A stretch of DNA of 64,000 nt from an uncultured Gammaproteobacteria bacterium (GCA_964579845.1 CAZOHC010000001.1:27196-91195), one strand, 5' to 3'. Positions 1 through 9,973 are shown, counted from the first letter of the stretch. Program-made: numbers and translations. The notes: generated from the letters alone by a model not told the origin.

Positions 1-300
1 ATGTGCCTGTTGAGCAAACGCGGCAAGACCTTGAGCACCGGGGTCAGTTGTATCCAGACCACGTTCACCTGGTTTCACACCGAAATAGAGCAGAACGGTA
101 TCAGTATCAACGGCGATCTCATCACCCAGTGTCCAGTAGGGGACAAAGACTGAGTGTTTCTGCCTGCCCGGCTGCTCAATAATGTCGGCCTCAGGTGAGG
201 TAGGTTTATGAACAGGGCTCATGATCGGTTCCCCCCGCAGGAAGAACCAGGATGCACCCAGAATACTGAAAAAAAGGAGCAGAAAAATAAATTTTTTCAT
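1..300 (-). CDS. Partial secreted protein, probable GH18-like glycoside hydrolase (runs off the window)
   Basis: Manual translation MKKFIFLLLFFSILGASWFF...SVFVPYWTLGD...LLYFGV: signal/TM segment plus a GH18-like first strand; TATAAT 6 nt upstream. Confidence 0.5.
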   Translation of the reverse strand, partial: MKKFIFLLLFFSILGASWFFLRGEPIMSPVHKPTSPEADIIEQPGRQKHSVFVPYWTLGDEIAVDTDTVLLYFGVKPGERGLDTTDPGAQGLAAFAQQAH

Positions 301-347
301 GGCAACATTATACGCTTTCTGCCACGAATAGCCAAAAAAAGCAGAAG

Positions 348-611
348 TTAATTCTTGGCAACTTTTCCTGTCTGGACATTTCCTTCCGTAATCGCGAGGA
401 GATTACCGAGCTCTCTCAGAAATTTCTTCGCATGCTCACGGCTCATTCCGACTCGCGCGACAATTCGTTGCTGATTCGTCCCGACTAACTTTTGCGCGAC
501 ATCAAGCGTAAGTCCGTCTTCACTCGTTGAGAGATAGATGTTCTCAGTATACAGAATCGGTGTCTCATCTAAGTTTATGTTTAATGCAACTTGTTTCTTC
601 GTCTCTGCCAT
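348..611 (-). CDS. Small conserved protein, DUF3467-like
   Basis: TPILYTENIY...LTLDVAQ...IVARVGMSREHAKKF pattern; GGGAGG RBS upstream. Confidence 0.55.
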   Translation of the reverse strand: MAETKKQVALNINLDETPILYTENIYLSTSEDGLTLDVAQKLVGTNQQRIVARVGMSREHAKKFLRELGNLLAITEGNVQTGKVAKN

Positions 612-653
612 AGTTCACCTCCCTGTGTTGAATTTTGAATCGAAAATGTATTC

Positions 654-1643
654 CTACATTGAGGATTCCTGAATCTTTTCCACGATCTCCACCTCAACCT
701 CAGGCCTGAAACCGAACGTTTCTTCACAGCTATCCTGAATCTTCTGTATCACCGCTCTGACGTCAGATGCTTTCGCGCCGCCGAGATTAATGATAAAGTT
801 ACAATGCTTCTCAGAAACCTGTGCGTTGCCGACAGTATAGCCTGCTAAACCGAGCTTTCTTACCATATACCCCATTGATACTTTTCCGTGCCACCGACCC
901 TCCACTTGTTCTCGAATCTCAGGCCAGACACGCAAAATACGTGCCACCTGCTCTTTGTCTTTAATGTTTTTAAACACGCTTCCGCAGTTGGGATACTCAA
1001 GCGGATGATTTCTTTTTCGGTATGCCTTATTATTTGCATACGTCTCCTCGGCAGCTGTTACTGTCTCCTTATCAGCTGACGTGAGCTGAAACGTGGCCGA
1101 GAGCACCAGCAGATCTCTCTGTTCTTTTATCAGGCTATGCCGATAGGCAAATTTAAGATCATTCTTTGCGAGCGGAAAAATACCTTTTTCAGGATGACTA
1201 AGCGAGAAAACCTCGACCTGATCTAAACTATCTTTTATCTCACCACCGAATGCACCGACATTGCCGCGAACGCCGGCACCGACCGTTCCGGGCAATCCGC
1301 CTGCCCACTCAAGACCGACCAGATGCTCATGAAACCCGAACTGAATTGCTTGATCAAGCGTATTTCCGGCAAAAACTGTTAGTAGTCCGTCAGCAGTTAC
1401 TGCTAATGGGGACTTTTTTTCCGGTTCGACCACCGAGATGACAACCCCATCAAAATCCTCATCCTGAAAGACGAGATTTGAACCGAGGCCGCAGATAAAA
1501 ATACGCTTCGGGTTTTCCTCCTTGAGAAAGTCAACGAGTGCATGCACATCATCACGGGAGGAAATTTCAACAAAAAACTTTGCTTTGCCGCCTATCTTAT
1601 ACCAAAGAAACTCTGAAAGCGGATAGTCCTGTACAATGTTCAT
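654..1643 (-). CDS. murB: UDP-N-acetylenolpyruvoylglucosamine reductase
   Basis: KIGGKA, GLGSNLV, GLPGTVGAGVRGNVGAFG, GSVFKN, KHCNFIIN motifs. Confidence 0.95.
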   Translation of the reverse strand: MNIVQDYPLSEFLWYKIGGKAKFFVEISSRDDVHALVDFLKEENPKRIFICGLGSNLVFQDEDFDGVVISVVEPEKKSPLAVTADGLLTVFAGNTLDQAIQFGFHEHLVGLEWAGGLPGTVGAGVRGNVGAFGGEIKDSLDQVEVFSLSHPEKGIFPLAKNDLKFAYRHSLIKEQRDLLVLSATFQLTSADKETVTAAEETYANNKAYRKRNHPLEYPNCGSVFKNIKDKEQVARILRVWPEIREQVEGRWHGKVSMGYMVRKLGLAGYTVGNAQVSEKHCNFIINLGGAKASDVRAVIQKIQDSCEETFGFRPEVEVEIVEKIQESSM

Positions 1644-1658
1644 AAAGGTTGGGCAGGG

Positions 1659-3464
1659 TTAGGCTTCGTTCTCCATCTCAACGTGCACGACGTGGTGCTC
1701 TTCCAAACGGAAGAGTCCTTCGTCAAGTCGCTTCTGATCAAGGAAATGGGAGATAAAGCCGACTGAGCGTGAGAGAACGAATAACGCATTAAAGAACTCA
1801 ACCTCTGTCAGGTGCCGCAACTCATCATCAGAGTAGCCCTCTTTTTCTGAGAGGATATCAAGTAAAACAGCAGCGATGGTACCGTCAACGTTAAGGATTA
1901 AGTTGCCTTTTTTAGCAACGGTAACCTGTTCAACTGCAAGCGCAAATGATGTAAAGCGTTTGCTTTCCAGTCCGTCACCGTATGACAGTAGAGCTTTTAC
2001 GCGAGGATCAGGCATATCAACGCGATATTTCCTATGACCGATTCCGAGAATGTATTTTTTCTTGGCTGCAAACTCTTCAACAAAGTGATCCGCATCTACC
2101 TTACCGGTTACGCCTGTTATCCAGTTTGCTGCAGCTTCATTGATCGCACCGCCGAACCGGGGACCGACGGTCAAAAGTCCTGCCGACAAAGATGAGACGA
2201 GATCTCTTCCTGCACGTGCGGTGACGATGGTATTTACCGCACCTGAGACATGCGGTCCGTGATCAACAAGCAACCTGAGAATAAAATCAATAAAGGACAC
2301 AAGCTCTTTCGATGAGGCTTTTCTACCTAAAAAGAGATTTGCGACAATCTCAGCAAATGAGTGATCATGTGAAAATGCGAGCAGGTCTTCATCAAGCACT
2401 TTCACCACACCGTTATCATCTGTTGAGATACTGCTTGTGATGAGTGCTTTTTGTCTGTTTTTTGCTTCCTCCATATGCGTAGTATAGTCGATATACTCAT
2501 CGTTGTGTACTGCATCTGATTGCTCGATCTTTTTTACAAAATCAGAAAACGAAGATTCTGCCTGAACGCCAACATCGCGTAAGGCCTTCCGTTTCGCTTC
2601 TGCTGTTTCCGTTCTGGTTTTGGCCATTGCTTTCGCATGACCGAATTGGGGAGCACTCGGAAACAGGGTTGAGACCGTACCGCCGATATAGCAGATAACA
2701 GGTTTTGTGACTTTTCCGTCGCTAATAAGGTCGACAAGCTTATACTCGTCCGTCCCTCCGAGTTCACCGTAATACACGATTACCTCAGTTGCGGGGTCCT
2801 GCTCAGCTGCGAGAAAGGCATCCTCCGGGGTAAATATCGGAAATCGGTCGCCGCCGAATGAGAGTGCGAACGAGATTCGTTTCCCCGATCTGACAACAAT
2901 ATTAATCAGTTCGTTTGTCATACCGCCTGAGGCAGAAAACACCGCAATGCTTCCTTTTGTGAATAATTGTGCTTCAGCAAGTTGCCTGATATCCACACCG
3001 CCGATGGCACCGAGTTTGAGAACCTGCGGAATCAGTAATCCGACGCTGGCAGGACCGATGATACGTACATCTCGTTTTCCGGCATCTTCGTACAGGGCAA
3101 GCGCATGCCGTTCCGGCACATTTTCCGCAAAGACAGCACCTGCCCGTATGGAAGGGAAAGTACTCAACACTGAGCGTGTAGACGTGAGAACACGTCTTGC
3201 AGAACTGAGCTGTAAGAAAAAAGATACTTCCTGCCTCAGGCGCTGAGGAACTGCTTCCCCTGACTGGTAGACCGGGAGCAATATTTCTTTATTTCCGAAA
3301 AAATAACGCTCGAACCGCCGACCTGATGCGATAATACCAACCAGGCTCGGTGACTGTTTTCCGGCCAGGTAATCAAAATCCAGGATTGACTGGAGAATGC
3401 CTGGGTGGCTGCCGACGGCGATAATCTTCGGCTCAATTGATCGAAATGTTTGGATATCTATCAT
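1659..3464 (-). CDS. aclA: ATP-citrate lyase alpha subunit (SucD-like domain plus citryl-CoA lyase domain)
   Basis: IIGPASVG, SGGMTNE, QFGHAKA (phospho-His), DHGPHVSGA, GPRFGGA, GIGHRK, LNVDG. Confidence 0.9.
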   Translation of the reverse strand: MIDIQTFRSIEPKIIAVGSHPGILQSILDFDYLAGKQSPSLVGIIASGRRFERYFFGNKEILLPVYQSGEAVPQRLRQEVSFFLQLSSARRVLTSTRSVLSTFPSIRAGAVFAENVPERHALALYEDAGKRDVRIIGPASVGLLIPQVLKLGAIGGVDIRQLAEAQLFTKGSIAVFSASGGMTNELINIVVRSGKRISFALSFGGDRFPIFTPEDAFLAAEQDPATEVIVYYGELGGTDEYKLVDLISDGKVTKPVICYIGGTVSTLFPSAPQFGHAKAMAKTRTETAEAKRKALRDVGVQAESSFSDFVKKIEQSDAVHNDEYIDYTTHMEEAKNRQKALITSSISTDDNGVVKVLDEDLLAFSHDHSFAEIVANLFLGRKASSKELVSFIDFILRLLVDHGPHVSGAVNTIVTARAGRDLVSSLSAGLLTVGPRFGGAINEAAANWITGVTGKVDADHFVEEFAAKKKYILGIGHRKYRVDMPDPRVKALLSYGDGLESKRFTSFALAVEQVTVAKKGNLILNVDGTIAAVLLDILSEKEGYSDDELRHLTEVEFFNALFVLSRSVGFISHFLDQKRLDEGLFRLEEHHVVHVEMENEA

Positions 3465-3479
3465 AGTCTTTCACGTGTC

Positions 3480-4676
3480 TTAGACCTGTCCGGTCGCATT
3501 ATGGACGATCTCGGTTAACAAGACGTCAGGACCGACAACACGTCCGAGCAACGCTTCCTGTGTCAAGAATTCACTCATCTGTTTAAGCCCTTCTGCCTGG
3601 TTCGGCCCGCCCCGCCTGACATACACTCGAACTTGCTGTTCGCGGAGCTCATGTGTATAGTCTGTCAGCGCTCGGATCACACCTCGAAACGTTGCTTTGA
3701 TGTCAGTAAAATTTGCCACCCCACCACCGATAATCAGTACTTTTTTCTCCGCTTTCGAACGAAGCAACAGTTTGAGTACCTGTGTTGTATAGATATACGT
3801 CTCCTCTTCATTCGGATTGCCGCTGTATTCTCCGTAATTCGCGAGTTCTTCGCCCAACCCCATGTTCGCAACCTCATCGGCCAGAACCAAACTCGCACCC
3901 CCACCTGAGAGAAGCATAAAAATACTGCCGTTTGGGTTTAAAACAGTAAGTGTAAAGGCTGCCTGAGAATTTTCTTTGAGCTCCTGAACAACACCTTCTT
4001 CCGCAGTTTGCGCTCCATGTTCGCCATAGGTAAAGTCATGAGCACCCCAACTCTTACCTGCGAAAAAGTCTGCGACACTGTCTACTTCAACAGCAAGATC
4101 AATAACATGCAGTTCATTTCCCTGAAGCACGAGCGGATTAATTTCTAAGAATGAGAAGTAATGTTCATCAAAAACAGCGATGAACGTTTCGATAATATCA
4201 GGAGATAGCCCGATACTTGCTGCAATCTGTGCTTTTCCTTCTGTCCGTTGCTCCTGCTGGTAGGGGAGAAGCACCTGCTGCACAGTATCCTCGTACTCCT
4301 CGATGTCAATCCCACCCCGAGGCGATATCGAAACCACGTAGCCGTCCCGCTGCCGTTCCATGGCAAAATATTTTTCATGCTCACCATCATACCGTGCCAT
4401 CGGTTCAATAAGAAACTGCGAAAAACCCTTGGCAGTGATATCACTCAGTACTGCAGGAATTTCTTGAGGATTAAGGTTCAGACCGATAAGTCCACGCTTC
4501 ATACGTTTTTTCACACCTTGGTCGACTTTTACCACATATTTTTGTTCAGGAGAAAGACTCTTCAGTTGCGGCTCGATATCCCGATCTGAGAAGACCTGGA
4601 TGCCGAAATAAGGACGGTCTAGCCGAGCAAAGAGGAGGGTTTTTGCCCGAAATTCAGTGATTCGCTGTCTGGCCAT
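3480..4676 (-). CDS. aclB: ATP-citrate lyase beta subunit (ATP-grasp plus citrate-binding domain)
   Basis: Start MARQRITEFRAK; VVKVDQGVKKR, LEINPLV, GGGASLV, NYGEYSGNP, IIGGGVANFT, RRGGPN. Confidence 0.9.
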   Translation of the reverse strand: MARQRITEFRAKTLLFARLDRPYFGIQVFSDRDIEPQLKSLSPEQKYVVKVDQGVKKRMKRGLIGLNLNPQEIPAVLSDITAKGFSQFLIEPMARYDGEHEKYFAMERQRDGYVVSISPRGGIDIEEYEDTVQQVLLPYQQEQRTEGKAQIAASIGLSPDIIETFIAVFDEHYFSFLEINPLVLQGNELHVIDLAVEVDSVADFFAGKSWGAHDFTYGEHGAQTAEEGVVQELKENSQAAFTLTVLNPNGSIFMLLSGGGASLVLADEVANMGLGEELANYGEYSGNPNEEETYIYTTQVLKLLLRSKAEKKVLIIGGGVANFTDIKATFRGVIRALTDYTHELREQQVRVYVRRGGPNQAEGLKQMSEFLTQEALLGRVVGPDVLLTEIVHNATGQV

Positions 4677-4766
4677 AAATTCTGTGCTTATTGTACCATA
4701 GAAGCATGAAAAGAGCGCGAATAGAGGAAGTATCACGCATCGGATACCAGGGTGCGAGAAGAAGTC

Positions 4767-6875
4767 TTATTCAACCCGACCGGTGAAGTTTGATTTTGCA
4801 ACCATTTGGTCGACAATATTCTTCGGAACGATGTCATAGTGAGACGGCTCCATGTAGAAGTGAGCACGGCCCTGTGACATTGAGCGAACCTGTGTTGCAT
4901 ACCCTGAGAGTTCAGCCAACGGAACCTGCGCTAAAATAATTGTTGAGTTTCCTCGCTCTTCTGTTCCGTTAATCTGCGCTCGCTTACTCGAAAGATCACC
5001 GATAATATCTCCCATGAATTCAGACGGTGTAGTAACTTCTACTTTCATAATTGGCTCAAGAAGCCCCATGCCAACCTTTTTTGAAGCTGCTTGAAGCGCT
5101 TGTGACGCCGCGATCTTAAAAGCAACTTCAGATGAATCAACTTCATGATACGATCCGTCGTAACACGTGACTTTTACGTCAATGACCGGATAGCCGAGCA
5201 AGACACCGTTTTCAAGCGTTTCTTTTACGCCTTTTTCGACTGCCTTCACGAACTCAGCAGGAATAGCGCCGCCTTTGATGGCATCAACGAATTCATTCCC
5301 CTCACCGCGAGGTTTCGGCTCAACCTTAAGCCAGCAGTGACCGAATTGACCGCGACCACCTGACTGACGGACGTATTTTCCTTCCGCTTCGGTCGAATTT
5401 TCAAACGTTTCTTTATATGCTACCTGCGGCGCACCGACATTTGCTTCAACATTAAATTCTCGCTTCATACGGTCAACCATAACCTCAAGCTGAAGCTCTC
5501 CGATACCTGAAATAACAGTCTGGTTGGTCTCCGGATTTGACTTCACACTGAATGTCGGATCTTCCTCAGTCAATCGCTTAATTGCCAGACCGAGTTTTTC
5601 CTGGTCTGATTTTGTTTTCGGTTCAATAGCCAGTGAGATAACCGGTTCCGGAAAGGTAATCTGCTCAAGAACAATCGGCTTTGTCTCATCACAAAGCGTG
5701 TCACCGGTCATGGTTTCTTTCAGCCCCACGATAGCAACAATCTCTCCTGCGTATGCTTCCTTAATTTCTTCTCGCTGATTTGCGTGCATAAGAAGCAGTC
5801 TTCCGATACGCTCTTTCACACCACGGTTCCCGTTATAGGCATAAGAGCCGGAGGTCAGTTTTCCGGAGTAAATTCTGAAGTATGTCAATTTTCCGACATG
5901 AGGATCATTCTGAATCTTAAATGCAAGTCCGGAGAATGCTTCCTCTGGAACGAGCTTTCTTACTTCCTCAGCTTCTGTTTTCGGATTAATCCCATCAACC
6001 TTGTCCAGGTCAACAGGAGATGGAAGGTAGTCGATGACAGCATCCAAGAGCGGCTGAACACCTTTATTTCGGAGTGAGGTTCCGGCATAGATCGGAACAA
6101 GTTTATAAGCGATAACAGCAGCTCTGAGTGCTTTTTTCAGCTCTTCAACAGTCGGTTCTTCCCCTGAAAGATATTTCTCAAGCAGTGCGTCATCTGTCTC
6201 AGCAATTTTTTCGATGAGTTTCCCGCGGAATTCTTCGACTTTCTCCTTCATATCTTCCGGGACTTCATCTTTTACTTCAAACTTCGCTCCGAGTTCATCA
6301 GAACCCCAGATATATGACTGCCGTGTCAAAAGATCAACATTTCCGACGTAGGTGTTTTCGCTTCCGATAGGGAGAACCATGATCGCAGGATTTGCTCCGA
6401 GGCGATCAACGATGCTTTTAACTGTCGCGAGAAAATCAGCTCCGAGTTTATCCATTTTGTTGACAAAACAGAGTCGAGGTACTTTATATTTATCAGCCTG
6501 TCTCCACACTGTTTCGGACTGAGATTGAACGCCTTCTTCAGCGTCCAGCACTGTAATACCGCCGTCAAGTACGCGCAATGAACGCTCTACTTCAGCCGTG
6601 AAATCAACGTGGCCTGGGGTGTCGATAATGTTGATGCGATTGTCCTTCCAGAAGGTCGTGGTGGCAGCTGACATGATCGTGATACCACGCTCTTTTTCCT
6701 GGTCCATCCAGTCCATCTGCGTATCACCTTCATCAATGTCACCGATTTTATAGGTACGACCGGTGTAAAAGAGGATTCGTTCCGTCGTTGTGGTTTTTCC
6801 CGCGTCAATGTGCGCGATAATCCCGATATTTCGGATTTTGTCCAACGGATAGGTGCGATTATTTGTGTCTGCCAT
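4767..6875 (-). CDS. fusA: Elongation factor G
   Basis: RNIGIIAHIDAGKTT, ERGITI, DTPGHVDF, NKMD, QSGGRGQFG; start reassigned to MADTNN. Confidence 0.98.
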   Translation of the reverse strand: MADTNNRTYPLDKIRNIGIIAHIDAGKTTTTERILFYTGRTYKIGDIDEGDTQMDWMDQEKERGITIMSAATTTFWKDNRINIIDTPGHVDFTAEVERSLRVLDGGITVLDAEEGVQSQSETVWRQADKYKVPRLCFVNKMDKLGADFLATVKSIVDRLGANPAIMVLPIGSENTYVGNVDLLTRQSYIWGSDELGAKFEVKDEVPEDMKEKVEEFRGKLIEKIAETDDALLEKYLSGEEPTVEELKKALRAAVIAYKLVPIYAGTSLRNKGVQPLLDAVIDYLPSPVDLDKVDGINPKTEAEEVRKLVPEEAFSGLAFKIQNDPHVGKLTYFRIYSGKLTSGSYAYNGNRGVKERIGRLLLMHANQREEIKEAYAGEIVAIVGLKETMTGDTLCDETKPIVLEQITFPEPVISLAIEPKTKSDQEKLGLAIKRLTEEDPTFSVKSNPETNQTVISGIGELQLEVMVDRMKREFNVEANVGAPQVAYKETFENSTEAEGKYVRQSGGRGQFGHCWLKVEPKPRGEGNEFVDAIKGGAIPAEFVKAVEKGVKETLENGVLLGYPVIDVKVTCYDGSYHEVDSSEVAFKIAASQALQAASKKVGMGLLEPIMKVEVTTPSEFMGDIIGDLSSKRAQINGTEERGNSTIILAQVPLAELSGYATQVRSMSQGRAHFYMEPSHYDIVPKNIVDQMVAKSNFTGRVE

Positions 6876-6880
6876 AAGTA

Positions 6881-6945
6881 AGAAAATCAAAAGCCAAAAT
6901 GCAAAAATCAAAATTATTTTTTGACTTTCACCTTTTGACTTGAGC
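6881..6945. repeat. Degenerate ~7-bp periodic inverted repeat (TCAAAA.../...TTTTGA) in the fusA leader
   Basis: aatcaaaagccaaaatgcaaaaatcaaaa followed by ttttgactttcaccttttgacttga. Confidence 0.6.
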
Positions 6946-6992
6946 ATAAAGTATACCATATTTTTTTTCTTCCTGCTATACCTGTTTTTGCT

Positions 6993-7021
6993 TTGACAAA
7001 CCTTTAAAAAGCACCTAGACT
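6993..7021 (+). promoter_or_regulatory. sigma70 promoter of the pilN operon
   Basis: TTGACA(6993-6998)-17 bp-TAGACT(7016-7021). Confidence 0.7.
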
Positions 7022-7091
7022 GGAAGAAGACCGCTCAGACGTCGTGAGCTTTATTTCTCGTGGAGAAAAGCCTGTCCTGAGGGGAGCAAAG

Positions 7092-7646
7092 ATGGCAAAA
7101 GTAACCTCCATCAATTTAATTAGATCAGAGCAAACACACCACATTGACACCATTTTAAAATGGGCGCTGACAACAGGGAGGTTCCTGATTATTCTCACTG
7201 AAACAATAGCGCTTTCGGCATTTGTGTATCGTTTTAGCCTGGATCGTGAAATTATCGACTTAACGGATGAGATAAAAAATAATCAGGCAGTCGTCTCACT
7301 GTATACAGATGAACCTCGCTACCGAAACCTCCAGGAGCGGCTTACCTTTGTTGAGAGTATCAGACCGACACAGTCAGAAAAAACGATCCTCATGCATGAG
7401 GTTGTCAGCCTGTCAGACTGAAAAGTCACCTTTCAGCAGATAGCAATCGGATCAAGCGAAGTAAACCTTGCAATTACTACATCCTCAACAGGGGCACTCT
7501 CGTCATTTTTAGCCGGGATTAAGACCGTCCCCACGATTCAAGAAGTACGGGTGAACAATGTAGAAAACAGAGCGGGAAGTGGTGAAATCGTCGTCAACAT
7601 AACAGCAAGCCTGAAGACACAAGGAAAGGAACAGTCCGATGAATAA
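7092..7646 (+). pseudogene. pilN: PilN-like type IV pilus assembly protein interrupted by an in-frame TGA at 7419-7421
   Basis: SINLI motif, TM helix and coiled coil; the frame stays open after TGA (KVTFQQIAIG...NITASLK...SDE*) and overlaps the pilO start. Confidence 0.7.
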
Positions 7647-8274
7647 CGAACAAAGAACTTCACTGCATAATCTGCCGAAGAAGACATATTTGAACTACAT
7701 CAAGTCGTTTCCTGTTACGCAATCTGAGCAGGTCAGAAGTTATACAACGATAATTCTCACACTTTTGGCAATTATCGGATTCAGTGTATTTGCCATCAGC
7801 CCAACCATTAATACGATTCTCGAGCTCAGGAGGCAACTTGAAGATAACAGGTACGTAAATACCGCGCTCGAAGAAAAAATCACGGCTCTCGGATCACTTC
7901 AGGCTGAGTATACTGGTATGGGAAGCACGCTCGAGGTTATTGAGACAGCGCTCCCGACGAAACCGAATGTTCCGGACCTGTTTGCACGGCTGCAGACGCT
8001 TGCTACGAGGTATCAGGTAACGCTCATTACACTGGACTCTGAAGAAGTCGAACTCACCAAAACCGCACAGGGGAAAGAACCTTCATCGTTCGTTTTTTTA
8101 ATTACAGCTCAGGGTGCGTATGATAATATTTTTTCCTTTTCCGAAGCGTTAACCGATTTCAATCGCGTTGTCAGTATTGATGGAATTACGTTTACGAGAA
8201 AAGTAGGAGAAAACCAGACCGTCGAAGCGATCATCAGGGCACGAGCATACTTTCATCCGGAGGTAAAAGAATGA
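7639..8274 (+). CDS. pilO: PilO-like type IV pilus assembly protein
   Basis: TM helix, coiled coil, ALPTKPNVPDL, GAYDNIFSF...FNRVVSI. Confidence 0.8.
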   Translation: MNNEQRTSLHNLPKKTYLNYIKSFPVTQSEQVRSYTTIILTLLAIIGFSVFAISPTINTILELRRQLEDNRYVNTALEEKITALGSLQAEYTGMGSTLEVIETALPTKPNVPDLFARLQTLATRYQVTLITLDSEEVELTKTAQGKEPSSFVFLITAQGAYDNIFSFSEALTDFNRVVSIDGITFTRKVGENQTVEAIIRARAYFHPEVKE

Positions 8275-8585
8275 AACTAAAAGGGGAAAATATTACCAAT
8301 TTACTACTTTCTGTGACTTTTGTGACGCTAGCGTATATTGGCTTTACGTTTTACCATACATCAGTCACCTCGACACTCGATGATGATCTTACCTTGCAGA
8401 TTCAGCCGATTTCGGCTAGCTTTAATAAAACGGCTATCGAACATCTTATCGGAAGAACTTCGGTACCACCAACCTATGAACTGGCAGGAGAAGCAGAAGT
8501 CACTGAAGAGGCAGCCTCAGCCGCTGGGTCACTGCAACCGGTAGAGGATACATCAGCTGAGGAAACAGAGGAAAGCGCGTTATGA
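8271..8585 (+). CDS. Single-TM hypothetical protein in the PilP position
   Basis: ATGA overlap with pilO, N-terminal TM, acidic tail. Confidence 0.6.
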   Translation: MKLKGENITNLLLSVTFVTLAYIGFTFYHTSVTSTLDDDLTLQIQPISASFNKTAIEHLIGRTSVPPTYELAGEAEVTEEAASAAGSLQPVEDTSAEETEESAL

Positions 8586-9973
8586 TAAAAAAACTATTAA
8601 GCATACGAATTCCTTCCGTCATCGGAATTCTTCTCCTGCTTATCGGAGTCGGCGTTACATCGTATCTTGTGGATCAGGGAATAATCTTTGAAGGAAGAGC
8701 AGCTCCTGAAAAAGAACCTGAGAATATCGCAATCACGAATGTCAGTCCGACGGGCTTTACCGTTCTCTATACGACCACGACAGCAGTACCGGGGACGATT
8801 TCATATGGAACGGAAAAAGAAGGAACAAATGTCGCGGTGGATGATCGGGATCGTGAAACAGGCAGATCAACTCCCTCAAAAATTCACCATATAACAGTAA
8901 GCAACCTGAACCCTTCAACGACGTACTATTTTTCTATTCTCTCAGGGGATGCAGTCTTTCTCAATGAAGACGAGCCGTATGAGGTGATGACAGCACCGAT
9001 GCTCCCCACACAGCCTGAAGAAACTCCGCCGATTACCGGATCAATTACGGTTCCTGAGGATGTCGAGGAGAAGCAGTCGATTGTCCTCATGACGTCTGAT
9101 GACTCGCAGATGGTCTCAGCGCTGGTCGATGAAGATGGATCCTATGTCATTCCGACCACAGGTATTCGCTCGGAAGACCTCTCAGCATACGCTGTCTTAC
9201 GTGACGACACCTTGTTTGATATGGTGGTATTGAATGCTTCCCGTACATCAACCGCTTCCGTACTGTACGAGAATACGAGCCCGATACCGCTCATTCTCTT
9301 GGGACAAGCATATGACTTCACCATCAGTAATGACCCACTCGATGACGGAACGATCGCATCAGAATCTGCAAATGTCAGCTTACCGGAAGTTACAACGAAC
9401 TCTTCAGACGAACCTTCCATTCAGATCGTTTCCCCTGAAGAAGAAGAAACATTTTCCGACCAACAGCCGGTTTTCCGCGGGAAGGCACTGCCCGGGAGTG
9501 AGATCGAGATACTCATCCATTCCGAGGGTCCTATCTCAGCAACTATTGAAGCAGACAGTGATGGGAGCTGGGAATTCCGACCTGAAACACCGTTAGCTCC
9601 CGGTAAGCATACGATTACGATTAAAACCCGTGACATTACCGGAACGCTTCGTGAATTCAGCAGGTCTTTTACGGTCTTCGCTCAAGGAAGTCAATTCGTC
9701 GAACCATCCGTCTCGCCGACCAGAACGCCCACGCCAACGCTGAGCCTAATGTCACCAACGCCGACCGCGAGTCCGACTGCTGTTCCGACACCGACTGAGT
9801 TCCCGACGCCGACACCGACCATAGTGTCCGAGGTGACTGCTCAACCATCCCCAACCAGGCCTCCGATGGAAGCTCCTGGAGCACGAGAAGTTGTTATCGG
9901 CGGTGTCATCGGTGTAACAACTATCCTGGCAGGGTTCCTGCTATTCTTCCTAACGAAAGGTTCGACGCTATGA
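8582..9973 (+). CDS. Surface protein with FN3-like and Ig-like domains, P/T-rich linker and C-terminal TM
   Basis: HHITVSNLNPSTTYYFSI (FN3), ADSDGSWEF...LAPGKHTITI (Ig), SPTPT repeats. Confidence 0.75.
   Translation: MIKKLLSIRIPSVIGILLLLIGVGVTSYLVDQGIIFEGRAAPEKEPENIAITNVSPTGFTVLYTTTTAVPGTISYGTEKEGTNVAVDDRDRETGRSTPSKIHHITVSNLNPSTTYYFSILSGDAVFLNEDEPYEVMTAPMLPTQPEETPPITGSITVPEDVEEKQSIVLMTSDDSQMVSALVDEDGSYVIPTTGIRSEDLSAYAVLRDDTLFDMVVLNASRTSTASVLYENTSPIPLILLGQAYDFTISNDPLDDGTIASESANVSLPEVTTNSSDEPSIQIVSPEEEETFSDQQPVFRGKALPGSEIEILIHSEGPISATIEADSDGSWEFRPETPLAPGKHTITIKTRDITGTLREFSRSFTVFAQGSQFVEPSVSPTRTPTPTLSLMSPTPTASPTAVPTPTEFPTPTPTIVSEVTAQPSPTRPPMEAPGAREVVIGGVIGVTTILAGFLLFFLTKGSTL

Noticed and set aside
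6876-6959. Hydrophobic N-terminal extension on EF-G
   Set aside because: Artefact of translating the heptamer repeat; the real start is MADTNN at 6875.
7419-7460. Selenocysteine insertion at the pilN TGA
   Set aside because: No convincing bacterial SECIS hairpin downstream, and the position is not a Cys-like catalytic site.
9715-9860. CCGAC-rich DNA repeats
   Set aside because: Explained by Pro/Thr linker codons of the surface protein.
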